A stretch of DNA of 64,000 bases from Felis catus (GCF_018350175.1 NC_058368.1:236470001-236534000), one strand, 5' to 3'; counted from the first letter of the stretch, positions 36,901-49,638 are shown. The notes: a model not told the origin generated them from the letters alone. Program-made: numbers and translations.

Positions 36901-39300
36901 GGTAGATATTAATCAAATGAGTCATGAAACTCAGCTCCTGATTTATGGCCAGATAAAAGTCAAATGATTTAAAAACTAAAGAAAAGAAAAATCTATTAGA
37001 AGAACTAAGGGCTGCAGGTAAGTACTTGAAAGCCTGACTGGCTTAATCAGGTAGTGGGGACAGTATAACACCAATTAGGCGGACATCTATTATACGTTAT
37101 ACTTGCATACAGTCTGGTAAGGAAACTTCCAGTAGTTTGGTCAACTGATTCCACAACATGACCCACCTTTTCTGTCTCCCTCTTTAGGCATTTATTGCTG
37201 AGTTCAGTAGACTTTATGCCTCTAGGCTAAAATCTAGGCTGCCCTTACCTCTTCTCTGTTGCACCTTTAGGCAGTAGTGACTTGGAGCCCTGGCATCTAA
37301 TGTGTGCTCTGTGGTCATGAGGGCATGGGCCTCTTCACATCTTAGGCATCTGTTTATAACACAGAGCTAAGTACTCAGCTCTCAGAAGGGATTTGATCAA
37401 CGGGACTAACAACACTTATGGAGAATAACTCCTATGCACGGGTAATGGGGACAGCCTACTCACCCATCTACCTGGGGTATCCCAGCGCTTGGCAAGACTG
37501 TTTGACCTCAGTGGTGTAAAGCCTAAAGGTGATTCCCTTCTCCCATGTACCAAAGGAGGCCTTTTAAATTCCAGCTCATTTGTGGATCTTCCCTCCTCTA
37601 AAATTCTGAGAAAATGGGAAGAATTAAGGTTTCTAAAATGGAGCGACACCAATGGCCATCAGTGGAAGGCCACCACTAGTCAGTTACATCAGGCGTGTAA
37701 CTTGCTGCAGCAAGGAATATCGTGTCCCGTGGGAAACTTGGAGAGTCTCCAAAGGGGTATGCTAGGAAGGGCCACATATAAAGTGGAAAGGATGCAGTTA
37801 CTCATAGGCTACTTGGGAAGGCAATGGTCAGAATGTGTAAGCCTAGATGTTGCTGGAACAATGGTCCCACTGTAGAGACCATAAGTCCATGCGGAGTTCC
37901 CCCCAGATCGGTTTGTGGTCGCATGCTCGAGCACTGGGTCAGGCACACCGGTGTTAAGGGGTTTGGGCTCAGATTTGCGATGACTTTCCTTTTGCTTTGC
38001 TCATTTATCTGTTTTGCAACCTACGCCACAGCCTGTTTCGGAGAGGTTTGGTTTCTATTTCAATTCCCCGTTCTCCATCACAGCCAGGAGTAGGGTGATC
38101 TTTCCCTTTATCACCTCAGATCTTTGTTTGTTAGTCCAACTGTGAGTTGCTAATGTGCCGGGCTACCCTCTCCAGCGGGGGAGCTGCCACGAGGGACGTT
38201 CTCATTGGAGACTCTTCCGTGATTCCTGGCCATTCTCCCTGCTTTCTGTCCCTGAGGTAGACATGCAAACTGACCATGCCAGTAGCTCTTGGGGCAGAAC
38301 GAGGGACTGCTCCTGCAAGCACATGGCTCATGGAACCTTCACGGTTCTGTCCCTTGCGATGACATTAAGGACTCTTGTGCAAAACCTACTGCTCCAAACA
38401 CCATGTTAAAGAATCATTGTTCTACGTCCACCACCAACACCTCCTTTGATACCAATTTCGTGAGAGAAAAATACTCGTTCCAATTTGCCCCGAATGCCCA
38501 ACACCCTACCCTGTGTGCTCCACTCTGAAATGACAGCTTACGTGTGGTACATGTGCCGATTCAGAATCGAATGTCAAGTTTCCTGCACTCCTGTCTTCTC
38601 AGGCACACGTTGACCTTAGCTTTCTTCATCATACTAACAAACACTAGTATACGTGTCATTTGAACCTATCTGATTCAGAATTTATACTCTGGTTAGACAG
38701 ATATCATCACAAAATTTAAGAGTCTGCTAATATGGTAATGCTGGTTGACAAAATATATTGTCATTTTTCTCAAAATCCTTTTTTTTTTTTGATCTCAGCA
38801 AAAAAGCAAAGAGCCAAAACAGCTCAGGTCCATGTGGGAGCAGCCTGACCCCTCCTCTCCGTGAGGCATAAGGATTGCCCTTGGCCTTGGCCGGCTTTTC
38901 CAAGTCTACGCTTGAAGGAAATGACCTCTACAGTGCTCTCCCTTTTGGAATCGAGGCCTCAGCCACTCCAGGCACGTGTTTTCTTTTTAATATAAAATTT
39001 ATGGTCAAATCGGTGTCCATTCAACACCCCACCCAGCCACATATTTTTAAGGAATATGTGTCACACTGATTTTCTCGAGTCCTTATCACCAAGAATCCCT
39101 CACGATAGTCTTGCTAACAGTCGTGGAGTCCGTACCAGAATGTGACTTTTAAGAAAAGAACGGTCAGCGGGAACCTCAGAGTCAGGGAGAAGAATGGCTG
39201 GACGCGGAAGTGAAATGTCCCCAGCCAGCCTTCCACTGCCGGATCCATTCCACGGGGAGACGGAGCAGGTCTGCTCACGTCCACCAAAGACTCTTCCAGC

Positions 39301-39315
39301 TCTTTCTTTTTTTCT

Positions 39316-39346
<31 letters not shown>

Positions 39347-39363
39347 CTCTCTTTCTTTCTTCT

Positions 39364-39410
<47 letters not shown>

Positions 39411-39428
39411 CTTCTTTCTTTCTTTCTC

Positions 39429-39493
<65 letters not shown>

Positions 39494-39498
39494 TTTTT
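39301..39498. repeat. (CTTT)n compound microsatellite
   Basis: About 200 bp of CTTT/CT units. Confidence 0.98.
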
Positions 39499-39679
39499 AT
39501 GACGGGTCTAGTTTGTTCTGGGTAATCTCTGCCTCCATAGTCAAGTGCCTGCAGTCCAAGCATGCACGGAGACCCTCTCTACTCTCCGAGTCGGGGCAGG
39601 TGTAAATGTTCAGAGAAAGGACCCTTCCTTCTTCAGAAACACCACCTCGGCGCTCCACGAGCCGCCGTCAATTACGAAG

Positions 39680-40350
39680 ACTTTTGCAGGATAGATCTCA
39701 GTAATCAAGCCATCTCTTGATTTTACACTTCACCAAGTGACTGGTATTGTCATATTTCAGAAAATTGAATTCAGCTTTATGAAACATATGTTTAAAAGCT
39801 GTACACTTTCAATAATTATGCTATAACATCCCTGTTTTTATGCAAAGCTAACTAGATACTGTCATATTAAAATAGCAAATCCAATTCATTTCTTATGAAA
39901 CACATGTTTAAAAAAAATAAAAGGAACACTTTAATTATTTCAGGAGTGTTCAGGCCAGCTCAACAGCCGACTGGATATTGCATTTGTTTAAAACTCAATC
40001 ATGCAAAATGAAGACTCGATTTGAAAAATTTTAATAAAGATAACCAGCCTATCATGATATCATTTGAATGCTAATCGGCACCCCCATTCAGCTGAGGGAG
40101 AGCAGTGTCAACTTCGCTAGAGGCTCTTTATTCCGCAATAAAAACATTTACATTCTAATGATTTTATTAAAGCGCCCGAGCTGTCAGAGGCCCCAGATGA
40201 CTCCTGGCAAACTGTATCAGTTATCAACTCATATTGCCTTTATCAGAACCGCTCAGTGGTGAGCCCAGGCCACAATGAGGCGTCTGCTGCTCGCAGAGCT
40301 GGTATTTAATCATTTCTTCTCCAGTATTGTTCTGCTTACGGAGCATGAAT
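39680..40350. promoter_or_regulatory. Candidate enhancer / conserved non-coding element
   Basis: AT-rich unique block; TTTTATTAA, CTGTCA and paired TTATCA motifs; conservation not tested. Confidence 0.5.
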
Positions 40351-42740
40351 AAGTGCTCCAGACAATGAAACAAAGTGTGGGCCCTATTTATCTTCCCGCA
40401 TTCTTCAGGCCCCCGTTTCTCCCACACCCGCCCTCACCTTTTATTTGGTTGTTGTTCCTAGCACTTCATGGTTTTTTTTTTTTTTTTTTTTTTTTAATTC
40501 ACTACCTCATATCATCATTCAACAGCTCTGAATTTCTTCTTCACTCTGAACAGCCGGGCTGGGGGGGCGGGGGTTGCTGGGCAGAGAGGTGACCCAGTTG
40601 GTGGCGGGAAGTGATAGGAGGGCCTCTGGGGACCGCAGGACTGGGGGCACTGGACTGAGTAGATCCGACCTTGGCAGGCGGGGGGGGTGGGGGAGGGTGC
40701 CCCTCTTTGTCTCTGTCACGCAGCCGTGACCAGAGGAGAGAGTGGAGGACCCCTGGCTCACGGCCTATGCCCCCTCCCTCACCAGAAAACCCACCCCAAG
40801 CCAGCGCTCCCTGCAAAGGACCTTCTCCTCTGTTTACACTGACAGCACCCACTTTGGAGTATGAATCGATACCGGCATGGATTCATTTGAAAAGTATCCT
40901 CCCCTCCCTTTTACATTTTCAGGATAAAAGCAAAGAATTCGGGATAAAACTAAGACCCTTCTCTGGAAAACACGAAACTGGAAATCTTTCTAAGAGGGGA
41001 AAAAATACCCCCTTGACTTGTCATCGTCGGGAAATGAATCACCTCCGTTCAGCAGAAGTTTGCCTATTGTGCACTCCCTTTTTGCTTTTGGTTTTGTAAC
41101 TGCTAGGTGTCTTTATAGAAACCGTCCTGCAATCTGCCATGCGCCGCTCTTTTGGACGATGGACTCCGGAGGGCAGGGTGCTGGATGGGCATTCCTAGTG
41201 GACACACGATGGTGTTTGTTGAAAAACATGCTGCTCGGATGTGAAGTTGCGTCTACACTTTCATTTTGATAACTTTGATTCATGGTCTCGAAACGACCTG
41301 CTTTCCTGGCTCTGCAAGACTGGCCAGTGGAGGATCTGTGGCTCTCTGACAGGGGAGCCACCAGAACTTTTCATCTGTGCGGGGGTTCCCCAAAGCCCTG
41401 GGGTATCAAAGCCCAGCCTTGAGATAATGCCATACGCTGGAGAAGAGGCACCTCTCAGGGCATGAAGTACGTCTCTGTCAGGGGCTGAGATTTTGCCTGG
41501 AACCCATTTCTCAGTTATCTTGGGAAGAGGGCTTCTCCCCTCCTGCGGCGCAGTGTTCCCATGGGTAAGACAGGACCCCGTCCTCACCTGGGGGACACTA
41601 AGGTAGAATATACGGAGAAGCTCCCATGCTGGACAAGGGGCTGACTGACAGTAGGCTGAGAGCCTTCAATCCCCAACTAACACTTGGGATTAACTACACA
41701 CCAAACGTGCAATTGGCTGCCCAAAGGACTCTAAATGAAAGTAAGGCATTGCACATCGAGCAGCGACTCACCAAGAGCGCCTGGTGGTCTCTTAAGGCAA
41801 GCCCTCCTCGCGTTGGGAAAACACAGCTAATTTTTTTTTTTACGGTCACCCACTGTTTTGGCATCTTTTCTCAAATGTCACATCTTTATAGTTCAACTTT
41901 CAGCCTGGCCTTTTATTACTTTAAAAACTATTGCTTTGCATATGTCAAGACAAAAGATAAATATCTATGCCTAGTCAATTTGTTATTTATATATTTCTTT
42001 CAAGAAGTCAAATATCAGATCACACTGAAAACAGATTTGCAAGCTTGTGCTGAGAAAGTATTTGAATATTACAGCATTATGCATTTATGTGTCTTTGTTC
42101 AAAGGTTTAAAAAAAATGTGCTGTCTGGGCCAGATTCTTCCTTGGCTTCGCAGAACTGGGGAAGCATGAAGGTGGGCAGGCTCCTTCTGGCTTCAGACGT
42201 CTTAGTACGGAGGCTGCAATAGTTTTCTGATTGACTCACGCGCACATCAAACACCAAGGTATTTTTCGAAGACGTGTATCTCATAATTAAAAAAGGGATA
42301 AATGATTCTATGTGAGTTTTCCAGGGGAGATCTCCACAGTGACACAAAATTGAACAAGTATTGAAGATTGACGTTGGGGTCTGCAGTCTTCTCGGTATGA
42401 ATCTATCCATCTTCCTACCTGTCTGTCTATCTGTCATCTACCTGTATATATACATACATATCTACCTATCTGTACATCCATCCATCCATCCCCTATCTAT
42501 TTGATGAATTCATCATATACCCCTTAATTGACTTATGCCAAACTATCTTTCACTTCTCCAAGCGCCAAGCACAAAGCAGAGGATTTGCTCCACGACAGTG
42601 GTCCACTCTGCTGTTGGAGTGAAAGAGACTTGTTCAATTCAAAAACAGAAGGTTCACTGGCAAACAGAGGGGCAAAAACTGAAGAACATTTACCAACCCA
42701 TCAGCCTATCATGAAATCGAACTGATATCAATATCAATTA

Positions 42741-42964
42741 CAGGAAAACCTTGGATTGCAAGTAACTTGTCCTGCAAAGTTCCCACGAAATGAGCAAACA
42801 TTTCTAATACATTTTAACATGATAAACGAGTGATGTCTTGCAATACGAGTAGTACATGACCCCGAACATCACATGATCACAACTGAGCCAATCGTTCCCC
42901 TCTCTCTCTCTCTCTCTCTCTCTGGCTGCAGGATTGTGGGTGATTGTCTCCCATGTTTGGATGC
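42741..42964 (+). mobile_element. TcMar-Tigger-like DNA transposon, left-end fragment
   Basis: TA|caggaaaaccttggattgcaagtaacttgt...; homologous to the first part of the element at 43589. Confidence 0.75.
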
Positions 42965-43588
42965 AGGATGAGCCTGGTGCTGGCCGAGGTTCAGGAATGC
43001 TGACCTAGATGGTCTCCTCTCCAGCTTTGAATCCTAATGGGAATTGCCCTGCAAACCACACACTCGCGTCCCTTCAGACTCCATCGTGTCTCCCACGATA
43101 TGTATCCGCTGTGGACGCCCTTTGCTACCCACTATAGCTGAGGATTGTGCTCTGTCCTGGCTCTCCCTCCTCCCTAAGTCCGGCCCTTCGTCAGGCTACT
43201 CTGCGCTGTCTTCGGACCACGGATCCAGTTTCTTGGCCTGAGTTGGTTTGGCCGATAGAAGGAAGCAGGAGTGAAGGTGTGCGCGTTCCCAGCCCAGGCC
43301 TGGAGAGGCTCCAAGCGTTCCCTTTGTTCCCTTGAGACTCTGCCCTCATGGTGGAATGGGGGCACCAGTATCTGCCCACTAATTCCATGAGGGGGAAGAC
43401 AAACACTCAACACAGAGCATGCCCCTCCCTGCCAACCCTGGCTGGGATCCACGACACTCTGCTGGATACGTGTTCATAGCTAGCCCAGTCCAACCAGCCT
43501 AAGCTTATCACAGGGGCAGGAACCCAGGTGGGCCAGTAGAAACCTCCGATCCCTTGCACACTCATGGACCGACAAGAAATCATAAATA

Positions 43589-43772
43589 CAGTAAAACCCT
43601 GGATTACAAGTAACTTGTTCTGCGAGTGTTCCGCAAGACGAGCAAACATTTCTGATACATTTCAACTTGATAGACAAGCGATGTCTTGCAATATGAGTCG
43701 TACGTGACACCGAATGTCACATGATCACAACTGAGCCAATGGTTGCCCCCCCCCCCCCGCCCTACTTGCTCA

Positions 43773-43808
<36 letters not shown>

Positions 43809-44435
43809 CTCTCTGTCTTTCACTATGGAATTGGGAGTAATCATCTCCCATGCTTGGATGCTCTGTCTCAGGCTGCCATGTTTGGCAGAAATCAGTGAGT
43901 TTTCACAAAATTGGAAGGTGCCCACAACTGGTACTAGTGTATTTTTTGTCACTTCCAAGCACCTAAGGACAGTCCTTTGCTTTTCCATCCAAGAGTGAGC
44001 CTAGGAATGCTTTGCCTCATTCTAGGTCATGACGCTTGCAGATGTAGACCCTTTCACACCTTATGGCCAGTTGCATGAAATACAGTCTATGACAAGAGTT
44101 TATTGGTACTGTTCTGTAGGCAACATCCATGTGAGTGTATCCAATGGCTCCCATGCAGAAAGAGATTCCATTGAGCCAATAGCAGCGATCGTTAGTGATG
44201 GTGAAAGTCGTCCTACACAATAACCCTCCTCCTCTCTCTTGTCTCCCTCACACCAGCCCTGGAGGTTTTCAAAGGTAGAGGCAGGTTAATTTGTTTATTT
44301 TTCTTTATATTTTGTATTGTCTTTATTAGTTTGCATTATATTACAGTATTGCAATCATTTCTTGTATATATACAAGGGCTTTGGATTACAAGCATGTTTC
44401 TGGAATGAATTATGCTTGTAAACCAAGGTTCACTA
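43589..44435 (+). mobile_element. Non-autonomous TcMar-Tigger-like DNA transposon (about 850 bp)
   Basis: TA flanks; imperfect TIRs cagtaaaaccctggattacaag ... cttgtaaaccaaggttcacta. Confidence 0.8.
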
Positions 44436-44629
44436 TAGTTGAAAATCTCAGGGCTATTTTCAGACCCAGTGACCATTAATGAATCGTCCCTTCTGTGGCC
44501 AGAGTTTGGATGTCACTGTCAGGTGGATGTGAGATAAGGAGACGGAAGGACAGGAGGAAGGTATGTGATAAAGTGGTGGGTGCTCCTGTCCCCTGACATC
44601 TGTGGCACCCCCTCTTCTCTGGGAAAGTC

Positions 44630-44830
44630 CCCCCATACCAGGCAGCGCCCTGAACCTCAGCCAGATGCTATCTTCTAGGATTTTCCCCCACCCCTCTGAG
44701 GCAAGTGGTATGACTACCCCCTTTTCGGATGAGGAGACTGAGGAGCAGAACCCGAGAGCCACACAGCAAGCAGCTGGAGCATCTGGCACGTACCAAGGCC
44801 CCGGGGTCAGGCCTGGACCCCCTAATCCTG
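44630..44830 (-). mobile_element. MIR relic
   Basis: ccccttttcggatgaggagactgagg...gagagccacacagcaag. Confidence 0.7.
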
Positions 44831-45134
44831 ACCCTGCAGGGGAGGGAAGGCCGGAGCTGGGACATAGTCTGCTCCCCTCACTCACTCTGTGTGAAACCGC
44901 AATGGGCCAAACCCCCCTGCTCCTAGTGGGGGCCCTCACTCCCCACCCCATTATGGGGTTTGTTTTTATTTTTCATTAACACGATGACATCTTTTCACGG
45001 CTTAGAAGGGCCTATTTATCAGACAAGGCAGAAAGCCCTATGATTGTCTTCCTCAGGTTTTAATTTTTTTTCAGTGCAATATGATCTATACTTTAGATGA
45101 ATGTGTGTGCATGGAGCTGTAAACCTCATCCTGT

Positions 45135-45265
45135 ATCCTTTCAGCAAATATTTATGGAGCCGCTATAATGTGCCAAGAAGAGGTTTATGGGATGGGGCAG
45201 AAGAGAACAGATACACTCCCTGTCCTCCTCCACCTTTCTGTCTCGCTGTGGAGAGAGACAGTGAG
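45135..45265 (-). mobile_element. L2 3' relic
   Basis: ttcagcaaatatttatggagccgctataatgtgccaag...gaacagatacactccctgtcctc. Confidence 0.65.
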
Positions 45266-45514
45266 TATGCACGCACAGCATTATGGTGCGTGTGATACGG
45301 TACGATATGATGTGCCATGATACGAGGAAAATATCACATAGCTTAGTACATGATTGTATGTAACATAACCAAAAGAAATGTAGTCTCAGGTGCAAATAAA
45401 TTCTATGAAGAAAAAGCTAAAGATGAGAAACACGTACTTCCAGCCCAGGAAAAAGGTGACATAGGTTGTTGATGCATTCTGTGGAAAATGTTAGAAATAT
45501 TGGGCTTAACTATT

Positions 45515-45682
45515 TGGTAGATAAGTAAAGGTTTTTCAGAGAAACAGAACAAGCAAGACACGTGTCCATATAGATACTGATATAAATCCATTGGTTTAGA
45601 GGTATAGCAGATGTAGACAGATGATAGGTGATAGCTAGCTAACTAGTTAGAGGATAGATTGATGATAGATACATAGATGATA

Positions 45683-45720
<38 letters not shown>

Positions 45721-46071
45721 GATAGATAGATAGATATAGAGAACAAAATGGAAATTTACTTCAAGGAATTGGTTCATGCAGTTCTGGGAGCTGGTGAGTC
45801 CCAAATCCATCAGGAAACCTACAGGGCGCAAACTCAGTCAGGATTTCTATTCACTAATCTCCACGAAAATTGCTTTCCTGTGAAGACTTTCAGCGAATTG
45901 GAAGAGGCCCATCTGTATCATGGAAGATGATCTCCTTTCCCCAAAACCCACCTCACTGCAGGTGTCAACCACATCTACAAAACGCACCCACCGTGACATC
46001 TAGACTCGCGTCTGACTAAATAACCAGGTACTACACGCCCACCCACGCTGACACAAAATCTAAACATCACA
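45515..46071 (-). mobile_element. MLT2 (ERVL) solo LTR containing a (GATA)n tract
   Basis: ggtttttcagagaaacagaac...aaggaattggttcatgcagttctgggagctgg...gctgacacaaaatctaaacatcaca. Confidence 0.85.
45655..45740. repeat. (GATA)n microsatellite
   Basis: Seen directly. Confidence 0.95.
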
Positions 46072-46486
46072 GATCCCAAGCCAGATCCTACGGACACCTT
46101 GACTCCCAGGAGGCATTCTGGGGCTGGGGCTGCAGTGACCCAAGCCTGTGCCTAGCTGCCATGTAGGTGGGCATTTGAAGCCAATGACCAGATTGTTCAT
46201 AAGGTGGGGACAAAAAAAAAAGTTAAAATTGCTTCATAGGAGGGTAAAGAGGTGAGTTTGGGGGCCTACACATGTATTTTCTGTGTGTTTTGATCAACAT
46301 CTTTAAAATTCCTTAAACTCTATTATTTTTAACTGTAACTCTGTTGAAGTCATGGGTTTCACTGTGATCTGTGGATCCACATAGCTCTCTTGATTGTTAG
46401 CAATATCCTCTAATCCTTGCCTCTGTCACCAGCTACCCTGAGTCTCTGATCAGGACAAAGTACATGCCTCCTGAGGATGTGTCGTA

Positions 46487-47306
46487 GAATGTGGTCCACA
46501 TCCACACTGGAATATTATTCAGCCTTTAAAAAGGAAGAGGGGCGCTTGGGTGGCTGAATCCAATGGGCTTCCAATTTTGTCTCAGGTCATGATCTCATGG
46601 TTCACGACTTTGAGCTCTGCATTGGACTCTCTGTTGTCAGTAAGGAGCCTGCCTCAGATCCTCTGTCCCCCTCTTCTTTCTGAACCTCCCCTACACTCTC
46701 TCTTTCCCTCTCTCTCTGCCCTCCCCCACTTGCGCTCTCAAAAATAAATAAACGTTTAAAAAACAACAATAAAATAAAAAAGAAGAAAATCCTGCTACAG
46801 GAAACAACATGGGTGAGCCTGTAGGACATTATGCTAAAGGAGGTAAGTCAGACACAGACGAGCAAACACTCCATGACTCCCCGTGCATGAAGGATATAAA
46901 ATAACCAAACACACAGAAGTAGGCAGAAGGAAGGTGGTCATCAGGGTCTGAGGGGGAGGGATATGGGAACAACTGTCCAAGGAATATGAAGTTATAGTGA
47001 CCCAGGAGGGCCACATTCCCAAGATTTGCTGTGCCACATCAGGCCTCCAGTTAACAAGGTATTGTGAATTGGTTAGAGCTCATGTTAAGTGCTCTTACAA
47101 TCAAAACACAAAGCAAAACAAAAGAAAACAGAACACAACACAACGGGATACATGGAAATGTTTGGAGGTGACAGATGGCCCATGACCTTGATCTTGGTGA
47201 GGACAGTATAAGTGTATCAATCTGTCCAAACTCTTCAATTTGTCCACATTAATTATGTGTAGTTTTTGTGTATACCACTTATATCTCAATAAAGTTGGAA
47301 AAATAA
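46487..47306 (+). mobile_element. L1MA/L1MB-type 3' end interrupted by a SINE
   Basis: ggaatattattcagcctttaaaaaggaag...ggacattatgctaa...tatctcaataaag. Confidence 0.85.
46539..46775 (+). mobile_element. Can-SINE nested in L1
   Basis: ggggcgcttgggtggctg head; TSD taaaaaRgaaga. Confidence 0.93.
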
Positions 47307-48382
47307 AGTGGAGAAAAAAGTAGAAAAGTAAATAAAAATAGACTGCAAATGCACCTAATTAGTCCCTCCAGTACTAGTGAGTAACTGCATCTAAAATGTA
47401 CCAGGAGTAAAGTTACCACCTGGGGGACACTGGCCCCTGTGTGTCCTACCATCATCAGTGACTTGGAGGAGCACCTGGAAGTCACGTTCCTCAAACCCGT
47501 GGGTGTTTGAGAACGAAACATAATTTAGACTTTAAAGGCAATGTCAGAAATATAGGGTGCAGCATGAAAATGCAAAATGCAAAATGCAAAAATGAAAAAA
47601 ATGAAAATGCAAAAGAGGCATTTGTACAACAAAAACTCTGGTAGCCGCGTTATCACAGCCGTGATGGATGCCCAGGAGGAGAGATGTTACGTTGCATTGC
47701 CCCTTTTTCCTCTGGCCACCTGAAAGGAAGTGGATTTGTGTTTATACTCACTCCGGAACTCACCATTGAGAGTAGACATGGGGGACCGGAGCACAGTCAG
47801 AGGAGAGGGCCTGTAGGTCTCTATGGGGAGGAGGCCAGCTGAACGACCAGAGGATACGGAGTGTGTGCTGGGGGGTAGGAGACATCATGGCACCCCCACT
47901 GCATCATGTATGTTTTCCCGATGGTACTTCATGGTGGACGGACCAGAACCCAGAGACCCAGGGTGCATGGAGTGTCTCCACCAGAACAAAGACACAACAA
48001 GTCTTCTGGAGAGGGGTCTGATGGAAGGGGACACATGCCAACAGTCTGCATGGACTGAGGTCCCCCTCCCCTAACACCACCCTAGAAAGACAGAGCCCTG
48101 AGGACAAGACCGTCCCAATCCCTTGGCCTTTGTAACCCCTCCAAGCTGACACAACTCGGGGACGGTGCCATCTGACACAGGTTTGAGCTTCGAGAACAGA
48201 TTCGAGATAGAGATTAGACTAGTTTCCAGACAAAATTCTATTTCTTTCACACTTGAGTGCGTGGATTGAGGCCTAGCCCCACTCTACGTATGAACGCATT
48301 CAAGGTGGTGCTGGAGATTTCATCGGGCTTGGGTGCCGGCACAGGTCAGGTAACAGAGCTTTGGTAGGAAGGATGGAATACC

Positions 48383-48580
48383 AGGGCACCTGGGTGGCTC
48401 AGTTGGGTAAGCGTCCTACTCTTGGCTTCGGCTCACATCATGGTCTCACAGTTCGTGGATTTGAGCCCTGTGTCAGCACAGAACCTGCTTGGGAATTCTC
48501 TATCTCCCTCTCTCTGCCCCTCCCCTGCTTGTGCATCCTCTCCCCCCCCAAAATAAATTTTAAAAAATTAAAAAAAAAAA
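48383..48580 (+). mobile_element. Can-SINE
   Basis: gggcacctgggtggctcagttgg head, CT tract, poly(A). Confidence 0.93.
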
Positions 48581-48939
48581 GAGAGAAGTACAACATGCCA
48601 AGATGGGTATACATTCAGATGGAAAGAATGTGTGGTCACAGTAAAGCTCTATCATGAGCCTCTCTGCCTGGAGCCGACGGGAAATACTCTGGGTTCAAGA
48701 TTTAGGTTTTTCCCCTCACTGATGGCCCTATCTCCTTCCATTGTCCCCTCTCCATGCCTCTCCTGCTCCTCACTGGACCCATTGACCCCTCACCCCTACT
48801 GCACCCACCCCACGTCAGCATCTTCTACACAGGATGCACTTTCCTCTTTGAACTTAGAGCTATTGTTGAGCTCCAGGTAGGGAAACAGGAATGAGGGACG
48901 GACACCATCCTCCCGAGGTTTTGTTTTGCCTGCTCTCCC

Positions 48940-49085
48940 CTTCCCCGCTCATTGTTCAAAGGTCAAATCATTTATTCTTCCAATTTAATATTAATGACAG
49001 CACGCTGTCTTTGATCTTTCAAACAAGCATGACCCAAGTCAACACAAAACAGCTCTGTTTCCGATCGGCCATTGGCAGAGACTTT
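48940..49085. promoter_or_regulatory. Candidate SOX/TCF/nuclear-receptor enhancer module
   Basis: CATTGTTCAAAGGTCA at 48950-48965, CTTTGAT at 49009-49015, TAATGACAG. Confidence 0.45.
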
Positions 49086-49593
49086 CTTATATTGCTTTCT
49101 CCCTACGAGGCTTCCAGCTTCTGTCAGAATGTGTTCCCTCACTTGGTGGTTGCAGACCCGCCTGACCTCTCTGATCTGTCCTTGTTGGCGAGCACGGCTG
49201 CGTCCTGACTGAGGCTGTCAGACCTAGAGCCGGGACTCCAGTCCATACCTGCTATTCGAATGAAGATATTGGCATAGAGGAACACATTTTTATAATGTGA
49301 AGTAAATGTCAAAATGAAAAAAAAAAAGTCTATGCACATGAATAATAGAGGGGAAGCTTCAAAACCGGCATAAATCATTATTTTGGCAGGTAATTTTTTA
49401 TATCTTTGCGTGCTATCTTTTTTCTATTGATAAATTTATCAGTATAAAATACAGACTATTTTTATGAAATGAATACATATGAATTTAAAACAAGGTACAA
49501 TTATGGAACACACAGCATCACACAAGCAATGCCAGACGTGAGTTCGAGGTGGCAACTCTTCTCACGATTTGCAGGAGTTTATTACTTTTGCAA

Positions 49594-49597
49594 AAAA

Positions 49598-49636
<39 letters not shown>

Positions 49637-49638
49637 AT
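49594..49638. repeat. (TAAA)n microsatellite
   Basis: Seen directly. Confidence 0.95.

Noticed and set aside
39114..39605. KERK- and FLSF-repeat ORFs
   Set aside because: Translations of the (CTTT)n microsatellite.
40676..40700. G-run clusters (also about 20950-20972) as G-quadruplexes
   Set aside because: Short poly(G) slippage tracts that are common and have no supporting context.
41626..42222. 198-aa ORF
   Set aside because: No recognisable homology; composition reflects AT-rich non-coding DNA.
45280..45370. Degenerate 5-nt periodicity (also about 50800-50880)
   Set aside because: Looks like decayed pentanucleotide microsatellite; too degenerate to support more.
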